DNA of 64,000 nt from an uncultured virus (IMG/VR IMGVR_UViG_3300022700_000138). Lineage: Duplodnaviria > Heunggongvirae > Uroviricota > Caudoviricetes. Shown here in pieces: positions 38,077 to 47,800 of the stretch. The notes under the pieces were generated by a model. It saw nothing but the letters and a program-made list of their open reading frames with translations, searched no databases and was not told the origin of the DNA. Position 1 is the first letter of the stretch; every line of letters begins with the position of its first letter. Location: IMG/VR virus record IMGVR_UViG_3300022700_000138, one strand, 5' to 3'. A program made the position numbers and the translations under genes.

Positions 38077-38091
38077 TTGGAGAGGTTCAAC

Positions 38092-39003
38092 ATGACCCAA
38101 GAAACTGGAAGAAAAACACTACCCGAAGCCGTCCGCATCTCGTTCAATCGTCCACCAGTAAAAGTGTACGTAGATCTGGTCAACGCTCGCTTAAAAGATC
38201 AGGAAGACGAAAATGGATCACTGTATCCGTTCTCCCGTTCGATTCTAAGATTCGCAGAATCTATTGGGCGTGTGGACGCAGCCTACGTATACGGTGGCTT
38301 TGACCTGGACGCACACTCGAAAAAGAAAGAGTGGCGCGATTACAAAGTAAGAATCGTAGAGGACGGAAGTTCCGGCAGTGCGCGCTTTGAAATGCATCTG
38401 GACTTATTGAACAACAGTTACAACGAAAATCGGCGCATCTATATTATCATAGCTGATAATGCCGGCCTTTACAACGGACTCGCACGCAGATTGACCGAAA
38501 ACGGTAATTCGGTAGTAGTTGTTGGGGACGAAGTAGAAACAGACAACTGTGAGTTCATTTTCTGCAGCAAAGAAAATATGGTAGAAGGTGGCGGCCACTA
38601 TCGTCCACCAATGCCACGCAAACTAGACTTGGACAATTACGACTTCACTGATTTCATCGAAGTGTTAAACACTAGTGAAGAGAAGATGTCGTTCGTAGGT
38701 GTGTCTTTCTTCATCCGAAAAGTGATGTGGAGATTGAACATCCACAGCGATACACAAAAGCAGCAGATCTTCAACAAGGCGCAGGAAGATGGCATCATTG
38801 AACTCTTCGAACGAGAAAACATCGACAAGGATGCCCCGAAAGTAAGCGCCTGCCGATTAAATAGGGAACACCCACTAGTTAAGAAAGTACTGGGTGAACT
38901 CGAAACCATGGAGGAAGACGAGGACGATGGGGACGTACTAAGCCATAGGATGGATCTATCTTCGTTCAACACCGAGGAAGATTCTACCGACGCAACTATC
39001 TAG
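38092..39003 (+). CDS. NYN/LabA (PIN-like) domain protein with degenerate active site and C-terminal wHTH-like domain
   Basis: VYVDLVN, AYVYG, IIIADNAGLYNGLARRLTENGNSVVVVG follow the NYN layout, but the GDSDF acids are largely lost. Confidence 0.6.
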   Translation: MTQETGRKTLPEAVRISFNRPPVKVYVDLVNARLKDQEDENGSLYPFSRSILRFAESIGRVDAAYVYGGFDLDAHSKKKEWRDYKVRIVEDGSSGSARFEMHLDLLNNSYNENRRIYIIIADNAGLYNGLARRLTENGNSVVVVGDEVETDNCEFIFCSKENMVEGGGHYRPPMPRKLDLDNYDFTDFIEVLNTSEEKMSFVGVSFFIRKVMWRLNIHSDTQKQQIFNKAQEDGIIELFERENIDKDAPKVSACRLNREHPLVKKVLGELETMEEDEDDGDVLSHRMDLSSFNTEEDSTDATI

Positions 39004-39022
39004 GCACACCCGCGCCCTCCGC

Positions 39023-40231
39023 ATGAGATTCGCTAGCGCAAAACCACTAGATGCTGAAAATGGCCCAGACGATGGGCGGAGGGCGCGGTTTTCCACTTCC
39101 ATATATACAGAAAAATGGTGGAGGGGTAAACCAGAACAGCTAACTATGTTCCTGGAGTCTAAAGACCGATCCGCCAAATTAGGCTTTGTTAAATCACTAC
39201 AATTAGAGGAGGGGTTTAGCCGAAATAAAAGACGGCGACCGCATAGATTCGTCCAAGGCTGTACCCCAATTTACTACAACCTATTCAGTAAAAGGGATCT
39301 AGCAGCGTTACAAAATACTATGCAACACATAGGGGCTTTCGCTGCCGGTAATAAGGAGTCGCCGACACACCGTCCCTACTTTATGGAAATAGAAGAAAGA
39401 AAGGAACTCTGCCGTAGTCCGATTTATATGGACTATTACGATCGGCACGGAGTCGCACGCTCCGGCAGAGGGCATGAAATCGTAGACATATATTGTATGG
39501 ACGGGAACCACAAAGGCCTCAAGTATACTGCCCACTCCGCAAAGTTGTTCGCGATCGATAAGCTGGTACGCAGCGAAGCATGGGGAGCCTACTATAAGAC
39601 TACCGCACCTATCAAGAGGTACGTAGTTCAAATAAGAAGGGTCGCAGCTGAAGAAGGCGCGATGCATGTGCATGGGCCTGGCATCCTCAGTGTCCCCCTC
39701 GACCAGGTACCAAATATACTCCGTAGGCTTTCATCGCTACTAGAATACTACTGGAAGTACGAGAATCGTAATCCTACACAGTATGAAAAACGGAACACCG
39801 ACAAGTGGCAACTGCATCGCTCACACTATTTAGACGAGTTGATGGGACCTCAGATCAGGTACGCTCTTTCTGGGGACCGAAATGATGCGTTGTTCGAGCA
39901 TCCAGAGGTTTACCAAGAAAATTGCCCCCTATCCACACGCCTAGAGCTATACAGGCGCGGCAAGCTGCGGTGGCATCCAGCTTGGGAGGTATCGGAGTTT
40001 GAGGCTCAAAACCTTGTCTACGAGCTTGAAGAAAAAGAACGTAGATGTATCAATCTCTACACTAAGCTCAGCATCTTGGTTGCTGCTACTACCACACTGA
40101 TACGTAAGCGTCGACAGCGAGCAGTATCCACCGCAAACTGCTCACCAGACTTCTACATCTTGACCACATACCATCGAACATTACCATGCACGGCACATCC
40201 CAGAGGCCCACCTAGTACACCCAAAAACTAA
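39023..40231 (+). CDS. Hypothetical protein with a QLTMF motif and C-terminal RGPP
   Basis: 402-aa ORF; no family recognised. Confidence 0.65.
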   Translation: MRFASAKPLDAENGPDDGRRARFSTSIYTEKWWRGKPEQLTMFLESKDRSAKLGFVKSLQLEEGFSRNKRRRPHRFVQGCTPIYYNLFSKRDLAALQNTMQHIGAFAAGNKESPTHRPYFMEIEERKELCRSPIYMDYYDRHGVARSGRGHEIVDIYCMDGNHKGLKYTAHSAKLFAIDKLVRSEAWGAYYKTTAPIKRYVVQIRRVAAEEGAMHVHGPGILSVPLDQVPNILRRLSSLLEYYWKYENRNPTQYEKRNTDKWQLHRSHYLDELMGPQIRYALSGDRNDALFEHPEVYQENCPLSTRLELYRRGKLRWHPAWEVSEFEAQNLVYELEEKERRCINLYTKLSILVAATTTLIRKRRQRAVSTANCSPDFYILTTYHRTLPCTAHPRGPPSTPKN

Positions 40232-40253
40232 AGTTGTATAAGCCCTGCCGAGA

Positions 40254-40283
40254 GGGATGGTACACGTGTATCCTCCCGTTTTT
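40254..40283 (+). terminator. Possible intrinsic terminator
   Basis: GGGATGGTAC-ACGT-GTATCCTCCC stem (one mismatch) followed by GTTTTT, 22 nt after the stop codon. Confidence 0.45.
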
Positions 40284-40408
40284 CCTCCGCTACACACCGT
40301 AAGTTTAGATACAAATATTAAGCATGATCAGCCCTATATCCACCAATAACCTACATATACTATGGTATATTATCAAAATTATTTTCCTTAACTTTCTTAC
40401 GATTTTGC

Positions 40409-40437
40409 TTGACAGGAGTTCGTGCTGTAGGTAGAAT
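40409..40437 (+). promoter_or_regulatory. Near-consensus sigma70 promoter
   Basis: TTGACA (40409-40414), 17 nt, TAGAAT (40432-40437), with AT-rich sequence upstream. Confidence 0.8.
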
Positions 40438-40917
40438 CGCACCGGTCGTTTAGTGCCAATGTACAAGATAGGTGTACTGAGGGAAACAGCCCCATTGGGG
40501 GGAATGTATCCCTACAACTAATAGACCAACTGGATTCCTCCTATCTAGGGTCCTACACACTATGAGAAATTTCGAAAAAGAGAAAAGAGAAAAAGAGAGC
40601 TATTGACTAATTGTGCTATGAGAACTCCAAATTTCAATTTCAAAACAATAAAACAAAAAAAGAACAAAACAAGAGAATAGTACCTGGCAGTGCAATTCTT
40701 TACTGATATCATAACATCATGTAATTATTGACAGACATTAATGAAAGTTTTCAAGTTATTGAAATTAAAGATATTTTACGCACAACAAATTTTTTGGGCT
40801 TTTTGCTTTTTGAGGACTAGAGGGGAACTTCTTCTTGTACTGTAAACTACAGTACGAAGTCCCACGTAGTGTGGGCGTAACCTGAAAACCGGTGTTGCAC
40901 CGGTAAGGAGAAGTAAG

Positions 40918-41799
40918 ATGTATGAATTGGATGTACTAGTAAACGGCAAATCGATTGTCAAGTATCCCCATCAAGGACAAGTGTATATTGAAGGCAGGAA
41001 AGGAACCGAATACTCTATTCGAATTAAAAATAACAGTAACGAAAATATTATAGCAGTCGTTTCTGTAGATGGACTTTCTGTAATGGATGGTAAGGAAGCG
41101 TCATTTAACAGTATAGGCTACGTTGTTGATACTTTTTCGGTTTTGGACGTACCCGGATGGCGATTGGACAATGATAGTATTGCACGTTTTAAATTCGGGG
41201 AGCGTGAAGAAGCGTACGCAGATCAAAAAGGAGCAGGTGAAAACGTAGGAGTTATAGGCTGCGCTTTCTTTAGGATTAAACCCAAGGAGCCCGTTTTTGC
41301 AAAGCCTGCTTCGTTTAAAGGCCCATTAAAGTGGCCTGGCCCTTACTGTACTGACTCTAACTCACGAGGTCTCCCTTCAGAGTATTCAGCTACTGTAGAA
41401 GATATAGATGTAACTGGGTGCACTTTTTGTGCAACAAATAATACCGGAAGCGAGGTAGACTGCAATAGCTGTGATTCAACCGGAGAAGTACTATATAGAA
41501 ATGTTAGTACTTCTTCAGTCTCCCTTAAAAGAAACAAAAGGAGACACAAAGAACTAAAAGTGAAGGCTTTTCCACAGTTGGGTACAGAATTTGGTACTAA
41601 GCAGCAACATTTAGTGCAAGAAATACTGGCCGACAGGATGCCTGATCCAGAGGCAGTTAGCGAAATTCATTACGATTCAAGAGAAGGTTTGGAACGAAGA
41701 GGAATTAGACTCCGTAAAGAACAGCCTAAAATAGCTAGAGCTTTCAAGGAATATAAAGGTGAAGTAGGATGTAAACCACCTAAGAACTGGCGTGGTTAG
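40918..41799 (+). CDS. Conserved phage hypothetical protein (beta-sandwich N-terminus)
   Basis: YIEGRKGTEYSIRIKNN...AVVSVDGLSVMDGK...VPGWR...NVGVIG...LGTEFG...IHYDSREGL, a family I recall from phages and bacteria; AAGGAG SD. Confidence 0.75.
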   Translation: MYELDVLVNGKSIVKYPHQGQVYIEGRKGTEYSIRIKNNSNENIIAVVSVDGLSVMDGKEASFNSIGYVVDTFSVLDVPGWRLDNDSIARFKFGEREEAYADQKGAGENVGVIGCAFFRIKPKEPVFAKPASFKGPLKWPGPYCTDSNSRGLPSEYSATVEDIDVTGCTFCATNNTGSEVDCNSCDSTGEVLYRNVSTSSVSLKRNKRRHKELKVKAFPQLGTEFGTKQQHLVQEILADRMPDPEAVSEIHYDSREGLERRGIRLRKEQPKIARAFKEYKGEVGCKPPKNWRG

Positions 41800-41825
41800 C
41801 ACAGTTACGAACTAGGAGTCGAGAC

Positions 41826-42353
41826 GTGGCAGGCCCTGACACTAAATCTTTACGCGAGAGGGAAGCGATCTGCGCTGTATTACAACAGCTCAAAAAACAA
41901 CAGGAACTATTAGACACAAGCCCTGAAATTGATGCAGAGCTGTCGCGTCATCTTGCGATCCAAAAACTACTACCGGAACTCCTCTCCACTGAGGATCGTG
42001 AGTCGGTAAACGCAGCTCAACGAGCTTTGTATGAAGTGCAAGGTAGATTAGATCGAGTGGCTGCCATTCATCTTAGCGTAAGGAAGATCTTACGGGGCCT
42101 GTCACGTCTCGAAATTATTACTAGAAAAGACCTAGCAGATGCGGGAGTTATCAACCAGAAAACGAGTAAGCCACAAACAGAAAATATCATATCGATTACT
42201 GTGCATGAGCTTACTCTCTATCAAAGTAGATGGAACTACCTTGAGAAGATGTGCACCGCAGTCCAAAAGCATCTAACAGAGGCTCGAGAGAACTTGTCAG
42301 TCCAGATGAAACTCGATCAAAACTGGCTGTGGTCGCAACGCCGCAGTTCTTAA
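41826..42353 (+). CDS. Hypothetical helical protein
   Basis: AGGAG SD, GTG start, 175 aa. Confidence 0.65.
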   Translation: MAGPDTKSLREREAICAVLQQLKKQQELLDTSPEIDAELSRHLAIQKLLPELLSTEDRESVNAAQRALYEVQGRLDRVAAIHLSVRKILRGLSRLEIITRKDLADAGVINQKTSKPQTENIISITVHELTLYQSRWNYLEKMCTAVQKHLTEARENLSVQMKLDQNWLWSQRRSS

Positions 42354-42459
42354 TCTCTCTACGCTTTACTCAACTATTATAAGTTAGTTTTTAGAAGAGG
42401 AATTAGACACTTCCGAGTGGTGGAAGTGTATGCAACAGACGGTATATTGAGGTACACTC

Positions 42460-44034
42460 ATGCGCGTTCCCATGGCTACAGCTGCCGTAAGTGATATGAT
42501 TATCGCCGCGATGCGCTCATCGGGCTTCATTGCAGATGATGTCTCTGCAGATACGATTCGGGGAGTAGATTCCAACATATCAGAGACTGACAGAGATACA
42601 CTAGCAGCATCCCTGAACTACGGTGGTGTTGGTGGAGGGGGCGGTACCTCCAGTACTGAAAATGTCAATATTTTTATTGACTCTGACGATAGTAATCCGA
42701 CTACACCGTACATAAATTATTTTAGGGTAGCTCATGGACAAAATACTGTCCCAGTTAGTGTAGATCATGAAATGTTTTCTGTGAGGTACAGTAGTTCTGC
42801 TCCTTCGGTTAATTATGTTCTAATCAGCCCGTCGACTGGTGATCTGGCCGGCGGCGAGAACTTTGGTGGATATCTGCAGATTGGTTCCGGTGGATCTATT
42901 CCCACTTCTTATATGACTTTGTACTCGGTCGTAGAGGCTGGGCAATATCTGGAAACAGCCGGCAAATTTTTTGTTAAAACTGCTACTAGTCCTAATACGT
43001 TAACTGGGGACTACGAGGCACAGCTTGGCAATGGCACTTTCGCAGTTACAAACCAGAATGGATTAATAGACCGATTTGGCGTGTACGATGTTAAAAATCA
43101 GACCAGATTCTACTTAGGGGAACGCCCATCGGCAGGCTCAGACCAGTTCAATTTCGAAAAGACTTCTGGAGTTATCCGGCTACGGCATGGGGATGTTACG
43201 TCAGAGCGTACGGTGTTTTTGAGCGGTAGTTATCCTAACGTAAGCAATGATGCCCGAATAAAGTTTGCAGTAGGTGGATCGGCGGGAACACAGCATTTAG
43301 ATCCACGTGACCTGATTATTGGAGGTAAACTCAGGCCCGATCCCTCTCCGGGTACGGGAGAGCCTCACGAAGCGGCCTTCATGGCCGTTTCTCCCGAACT
43401 AAATGAGCGTAGGTCAGTTTTGCATACCTGGCATAGAGGGACCGCACTACCAGATGATACTCACCTGGTAAACTTCCACTCCAGCTCAGACATCAATGCC
43501 GGAAATTCTAATGCGATTAAACTTCTGAGTTGTACTCACTATGACGGGGCAGACCAGCAGATTGCTTTTGAAGTTCGGGGGGATGAAAGTTGTTATTGTG
43601 GTGGGGTGTTCATAACTCCAGGACCGGATGCAGCAGAGTACTTCGAGGTTGTTGGCGAGAACAATACCCCAGGAATGGTGATGAAGGTTAACTCATCCGG
43701 CTATCTCACTGCCTCCACAACATATGCAGATCCATCTGTAGTAGGGGTGATCTCTACCAATCCCGGCTACGTAATGGGTGGAAGTAGCAGCTCATCTGAA
43801 ACACTAGATAAAAAGCTAATAGGTATGGCAGGTACACTTCCGGTACATGCGACCACTACCTACGGTCCTATCGAATATGGAGATCTGTTGGTATCAGCAG
43901 AAAATGGGCGCGCAGCAAGATCGCCTGATCCCGTTGTACCGGGTACAGTTATAGGTAAAGCACTAGCTGGGTTGGCACAAAGTGGGGATGCGGTAGAAGA
44001 GGGTACTATCAAGATGCTGATTCTAAACTGCTAA
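42460..44034 (+). CDS. Tail fibre/spike protein with C-terminal peptidase-G2-like intramolecular chaperone
   Basis: PDAAEYFE...GVISTNPGYVMG...GMAGTLPV...GPIEYGDLLVSA...GTVIGKAL. Confidence 0.75.
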   Translation: MRVPMATAAVSDMIIAAMRSSGFIADDVSADTIRGVDSNISETDRDTLAASLNYGGVGGGGGTSSTENVNIFIDSDDSNPTTPYINYFRVAHGQNTVPVSVDHEMFSVRYSSSAPSVNYVLISPSTGDLAGGENFGGYLQIGSGGSIPTSYMTLYSVVEAGQYLETAGKFFVKTATSPNTLTGDYEAQLGNGTFAVTNQNGLIDRFGVYDVKNQTRFYLGERPSAGSDQFNFEKTSGVIRLRHGDVTSERTVFLSGSYPNVSNDARIKFAVGGSAGTQHLDPRDLIIGGKLRPDPSPGTGEPHEAAFMAVSPELNERRSVLHTWHRGTALPDDTHLVNFHSSSDINAGNSNAIKLLSCTHYDGADQQIAFEVRGDESCYCGGVFITPGPDAAEYFEVVGENNTPGMVMKVNSSGYLTASTTYADPSVVGVISTNPGYVMGGSSSSSETLDKKLIGMAGTLPVHATTTYGPIEYGDLLVSAENGRAARSPDPVVPGTVIGKALAGLAQSGDAVEEGTIKMLILNC

Positions 44035-44049
44035 TCAGGAGCAACAAAC

Positions 44050-44319
44050 ATGGCTACTAAAAACGCTAACAACCAGACAAACGAAAAAGAATCGATCACG
44101 GAAGTAGAGCAACTTAAGTTGAAATTGGCAAACTTGGAGATTGACTACGCTGAACTACAGAGTCGTTTAGTGGAGTTACAACATCAACTAATAGCTTATC
44201 AGACTGCAGATAAGAAAAGGAAATTGGCGGAATTGAGCAGTGAGTTGAAAGAAAAATATGATTTGGAAAATCCTGAGCAGCTGAACGTCAGCACTGGTGA
44301 GATTACACGCAATGCCTAA
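44050..44319 (+). CDS. Small coiled-coil protein, possible fibre chaperone
   Basis: AGGAG SD; heptad repeats; follows the fibre gene. Confidence 0.65.
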   Translation: MATKNANNQTNEKESITEVEQLKLKLANLEIDYAELQSRLVELQHQLIAYQTADKKRKLAELSSELKEKYDLENPEQLNVSTGEITRNA

Positions 44320-44818
44320 GTCGCCTACCGAAATTGGGAGTGATTGGGACGATGCTGTGTACAACAAGATGTATGCCATCTTAAGGGACGCATTTCACCG
44401 AGCCGATGCTGCTGCTAGAGCGGTCGCGTCGCTAGAGCACGAGATTGCAGAAGAAATGCGAGTGTACTCCAGTGATGAGGCAGAAGAAGCCGGGTCCGCC
44501 GAGGAGACAAATCGGTCCGCCGAGGAGACAAATCGCGATTTTGACGATCAGCGTTTTCACGACATATTCGATCGCCTGAACGTAATCAAGCTAATTTCAG
44601 AGTTGTCGGACGCACTTGAGTTGGAACCAGCTGTTAAACAAGAAGTTCTTAATACAGTGGTGCATGACCAGCTGGGTCCGTCCTCAAAAGAACCACAGCA
44701 TCCTAGACAGAGTATTGGACGGAAGACGTTGATTGGTGATGATCTCGCAGTGTATCTGCACAACGCAAAAGAAACCGCGGCCCGAAACCAGGCATCACGA
44801 AGACGCAATGGTCAGTAA
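44312..44818 (+). CDS. Hypothetical protein
   Basis: ORF in the operon; start at ATG 44312 preferred. Confidence 0.6.
   Translation: MPKSPTEIGSDWDDAVYNKMYAILRDAFHRADAAARAVASLEHEIAEEMRVYSSDEAEEAGSAEETNRSAEETNRDFDDQRFHDIFDRLNVIKLISELSDALELEPAVKQEVLNTVVHDQLGPSSKEPQHPRQSIGRKTLIGDDLAVYLHNAKETAARNQASRRRNGQ
44493..44534. repeat. Perfect 21-bp tandem duplication (SAEETNR x2)
   Basis: GGTCCGCCGAGGAGACAAATC occurs twice in tandem. Confidence 0.95.
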
Positions 44819-44820
44819 AA

Positions 44821-47800
44821 ATGACAAAGCCGACCAAAAAATCAAAAGTTGGTAAAGGTAAGGGTGAGACTCAACAAAATTATTACAAGAATAATAGGGC
44901 GGGAACCAACTTAGGTGCAAAGCGGGACAGGGGGACCCCATCAGAAGAGCACCGTAGGCGCATAGAGAGCAATCTTCAGAAGAAGCGAAATGCGAACGCT
45001 ATTTTTGGTCAGAGCCAAGAATATATTCGCATGAAGTCAAAAAATGTCAAGGGTAGCATTGATGCTGGTTATTGTCAACCTACCATTGCCGCTTTTAGGC
45101 ATGCCGATGCCAAAGGTTCCGTCCAGACAAACGTAAGGGCTGGAATACTAGGAAAGGCCCTATGCGGGATCGACTCGCAACTCAGATTCACCGAGAAAAA
45201 ATATTCGAATCAGCACAATGAGCTTAGACTCTTTATTGAAGGCGCCGAGGTGACCAAGTATGTAGAAGGTACTGTAACATGGACATATGAATCTACTAAT
45301 GGTATGAACAGTCTCAAATTTGTACTGAACAATAGAGACAACGCTTTCATAATTACAGACAAGAACATCTGCTCCGGACCGAAGATTACCACTGGTTGGC
45401 GTGTAGACCCTAGGGTTGTTAGAGGAAATAAGAATACTAGGTATGTGCCTCGCCGCAACGCATCTACAGTAATTGATGAAACTGCAAAGTATGTCATATA
45501 CAATAACAAGCTCCGTATTGTCGATCCGGGTGGTAAAAATCCCGAGATTGATCCAGACACCGGTATGTGGTTGTTCCCGCTAAACCCATACTCGTGTGTA
45601 ATAGATAAGCATGACTCAGTGAGGCTGTTTGTACGTATCCCACATGTCAGTGGGGTAAAGGTTAGGGACAAAAATAACAAGGTACGTTACAGTGATCTAT
45701 GGATGGCCGTATTTACTGGATTCGTAAGTGATTACACTTGGGATGATGATCCCGTCCAAGGACCTAAGCATGTAAATATAACGTGCTACGACTATCGTGG
45801 CGTCCTAGAAAGAATGCGAGTAGCAGTGCCTGCTGTCGGAACAACTACAGACAGTAGTGGCAGCAAGAATACAAAACAGGATGGGCCTGAAAACGATAAA
45901 AATGCTGCAGCGCCGTCATCTGGATCGCCGGCTGCTCTACCTTCAGTAGACGGCCAATTTCTTAATCTTGCGCAGAGAGTGGGCAGATTATACAAACAAA
46001 CACTCGGTAAAAAGTATGTTAGTTCAAGTGGGATGCAAATACCCAAACACGCACAGCCACATAATCCGTATCGATATATGCAGTATGGCCCTCCCGCTGA
46101 GTTCGCGGAGATATCAAACAGGTACAGTCCAAAAGGTGGCCCAAGTTCATCTGCACAGTCCCGCAGGATTGGACTCGGCGATACTTTTCTGGACGTATTC
46201 CGAGAACTTGCTAAGTATAACTTAGTACTGGATGGCTGTCAAGTAACTTCTACCCCAGGTACGCTACAAGTCGAAGTAGAACCAATCTGTGCACGGAAAT
46301 CATGGGAAAAAACTTCTAAGAGACTGGAGATGCCTGCGGCGCAGGCCACCGCATGCATTGGTGAAATCCTAGACGCGTCTATTGGTTTATATTGGCTTAC
46401 TGGCGCTAGATACTGGTTAAAGCTGACAGGTGTGTATAAAGATGAAGTCCCAGAAATAGAATTGGAGAATGATAAGTCAAATGTTACCTCTTTAAACGAG
46501 ATGGTCAAAAAAGCAAGTACAGAAATAGGAAACCGCACAGATGCTGCTAAAAGGGGTTTAATAAATCAAGATTCCATTTACTACAAGCTAGAAGCATACA
46601 AAAAGGTGCTGGAAAACAATGGTACTTTGTTTGCTACGCAAGCAGTCACATTATATAAGAAGGCAGCTACCGAAGCTATAAGATTTTTGAAGTTTCAGCC
46701 AAAAGACTTGTCTAATATTGGTGAGGCATTCGAGCAAGTCTCGATTCTGTCCGCTGGGGCCGCTAGCGGCGCTGAGGCTGTGTTAAGAGCAGAAGTTCTT
46801 GCCCGGTTTTTTACAAGAAAAGACAACAGCACGGCATCAGCAATTAGGCAGTTTGGTAGGGAGTTTGTACAGAGACTAGAATCCGGTCAAACCAAAGAGT
46901 TAGTACTAAAAACCAGAAGCTTGATAGCTAATTTATTGTATACGTATGATTATTTATTGAAGCAGTCACTTGTAGCCAATCCGTACATTAGTAGCGCAAC
47001 CTACCCAGAATACGAGAAACTAATTGGGACAGGTTTACCGGGCGCACCCACGGTACTACGAGGCGGCCTGACTTTTAGGGAAAAAGTGACTGAGCTAGCC
47101 CAAGAAGCATACCAAATAATGGTGTCCACTACAACTAGCAAAAGCTACATTGATAGAGCACAAGAACTGGTAGAACCTAGGGCACAGCAGCTTATAGATC
47201 TGGCAGAGTTGCGCAAAGGCCAATCCGAAAGACTTGAGAACTTTATAACCGCTAGAGCAGATATACTAAAAGGGAAGATACAGTACTACGGTGTAGAGCA
47301 ACGGGAACAGCCATTTAGGGGTGGGAAAGGGGTGATATCACGAAAACTAAACGTATACCCAGTGTCCCTACCTGTAGTCATATCCAGGCTAGTCACTACG
47401 AAGAAAAGTATACGTGATAGCAAAGAAAAAGCATGGAAGGATTTACCAAAGCATTCCCGGGCTAGGTTGAACAATGTATTCGAGGCACAACGTCGAGCTA
47501 TAGAACAATCTAATGCAGCACCAGGGACTACTGCAGCAAGACAGCTTGCCCGGGTTTACGCAACCTACGTAAACTATGAACAAAAAAGGGCCGGCATCTA
47601 CTCTGATTTAGTCGCAAGTAACTACGGCATGGCGCACCCTCTCATGGGGAAAACATTTGAGACTGCAGTTGAGTTTCTCTGTACCACAAACACGCAAATT
47701 GCTAAGGGTACTATAGAGAGTATTGGAAGTTATAAGAAGGGCGTACTCGACAAGTGGAACAGGACTGTTTTATTTGGGGTTATTGGTAGACCGATGACAT

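Larger units (their letters stand above)
40232..40917. other. Long non-coding region, candidate origin of replication
   Basis: Largest gap in the window; AT-rich; A-tracts followed by T-tracts; apparent AC-to-GT strand-bias switch across it, judged by eye. Confidence 0.45.

Noticed and set aside
40459..40604. Tiny ORFs in the non-coding region (MYKIGVLRETAPLGGMYPYN; MRNFEKEKREKESY)
   Set aside because: Very short, with no SD, and the second derives from an A/G repeat.
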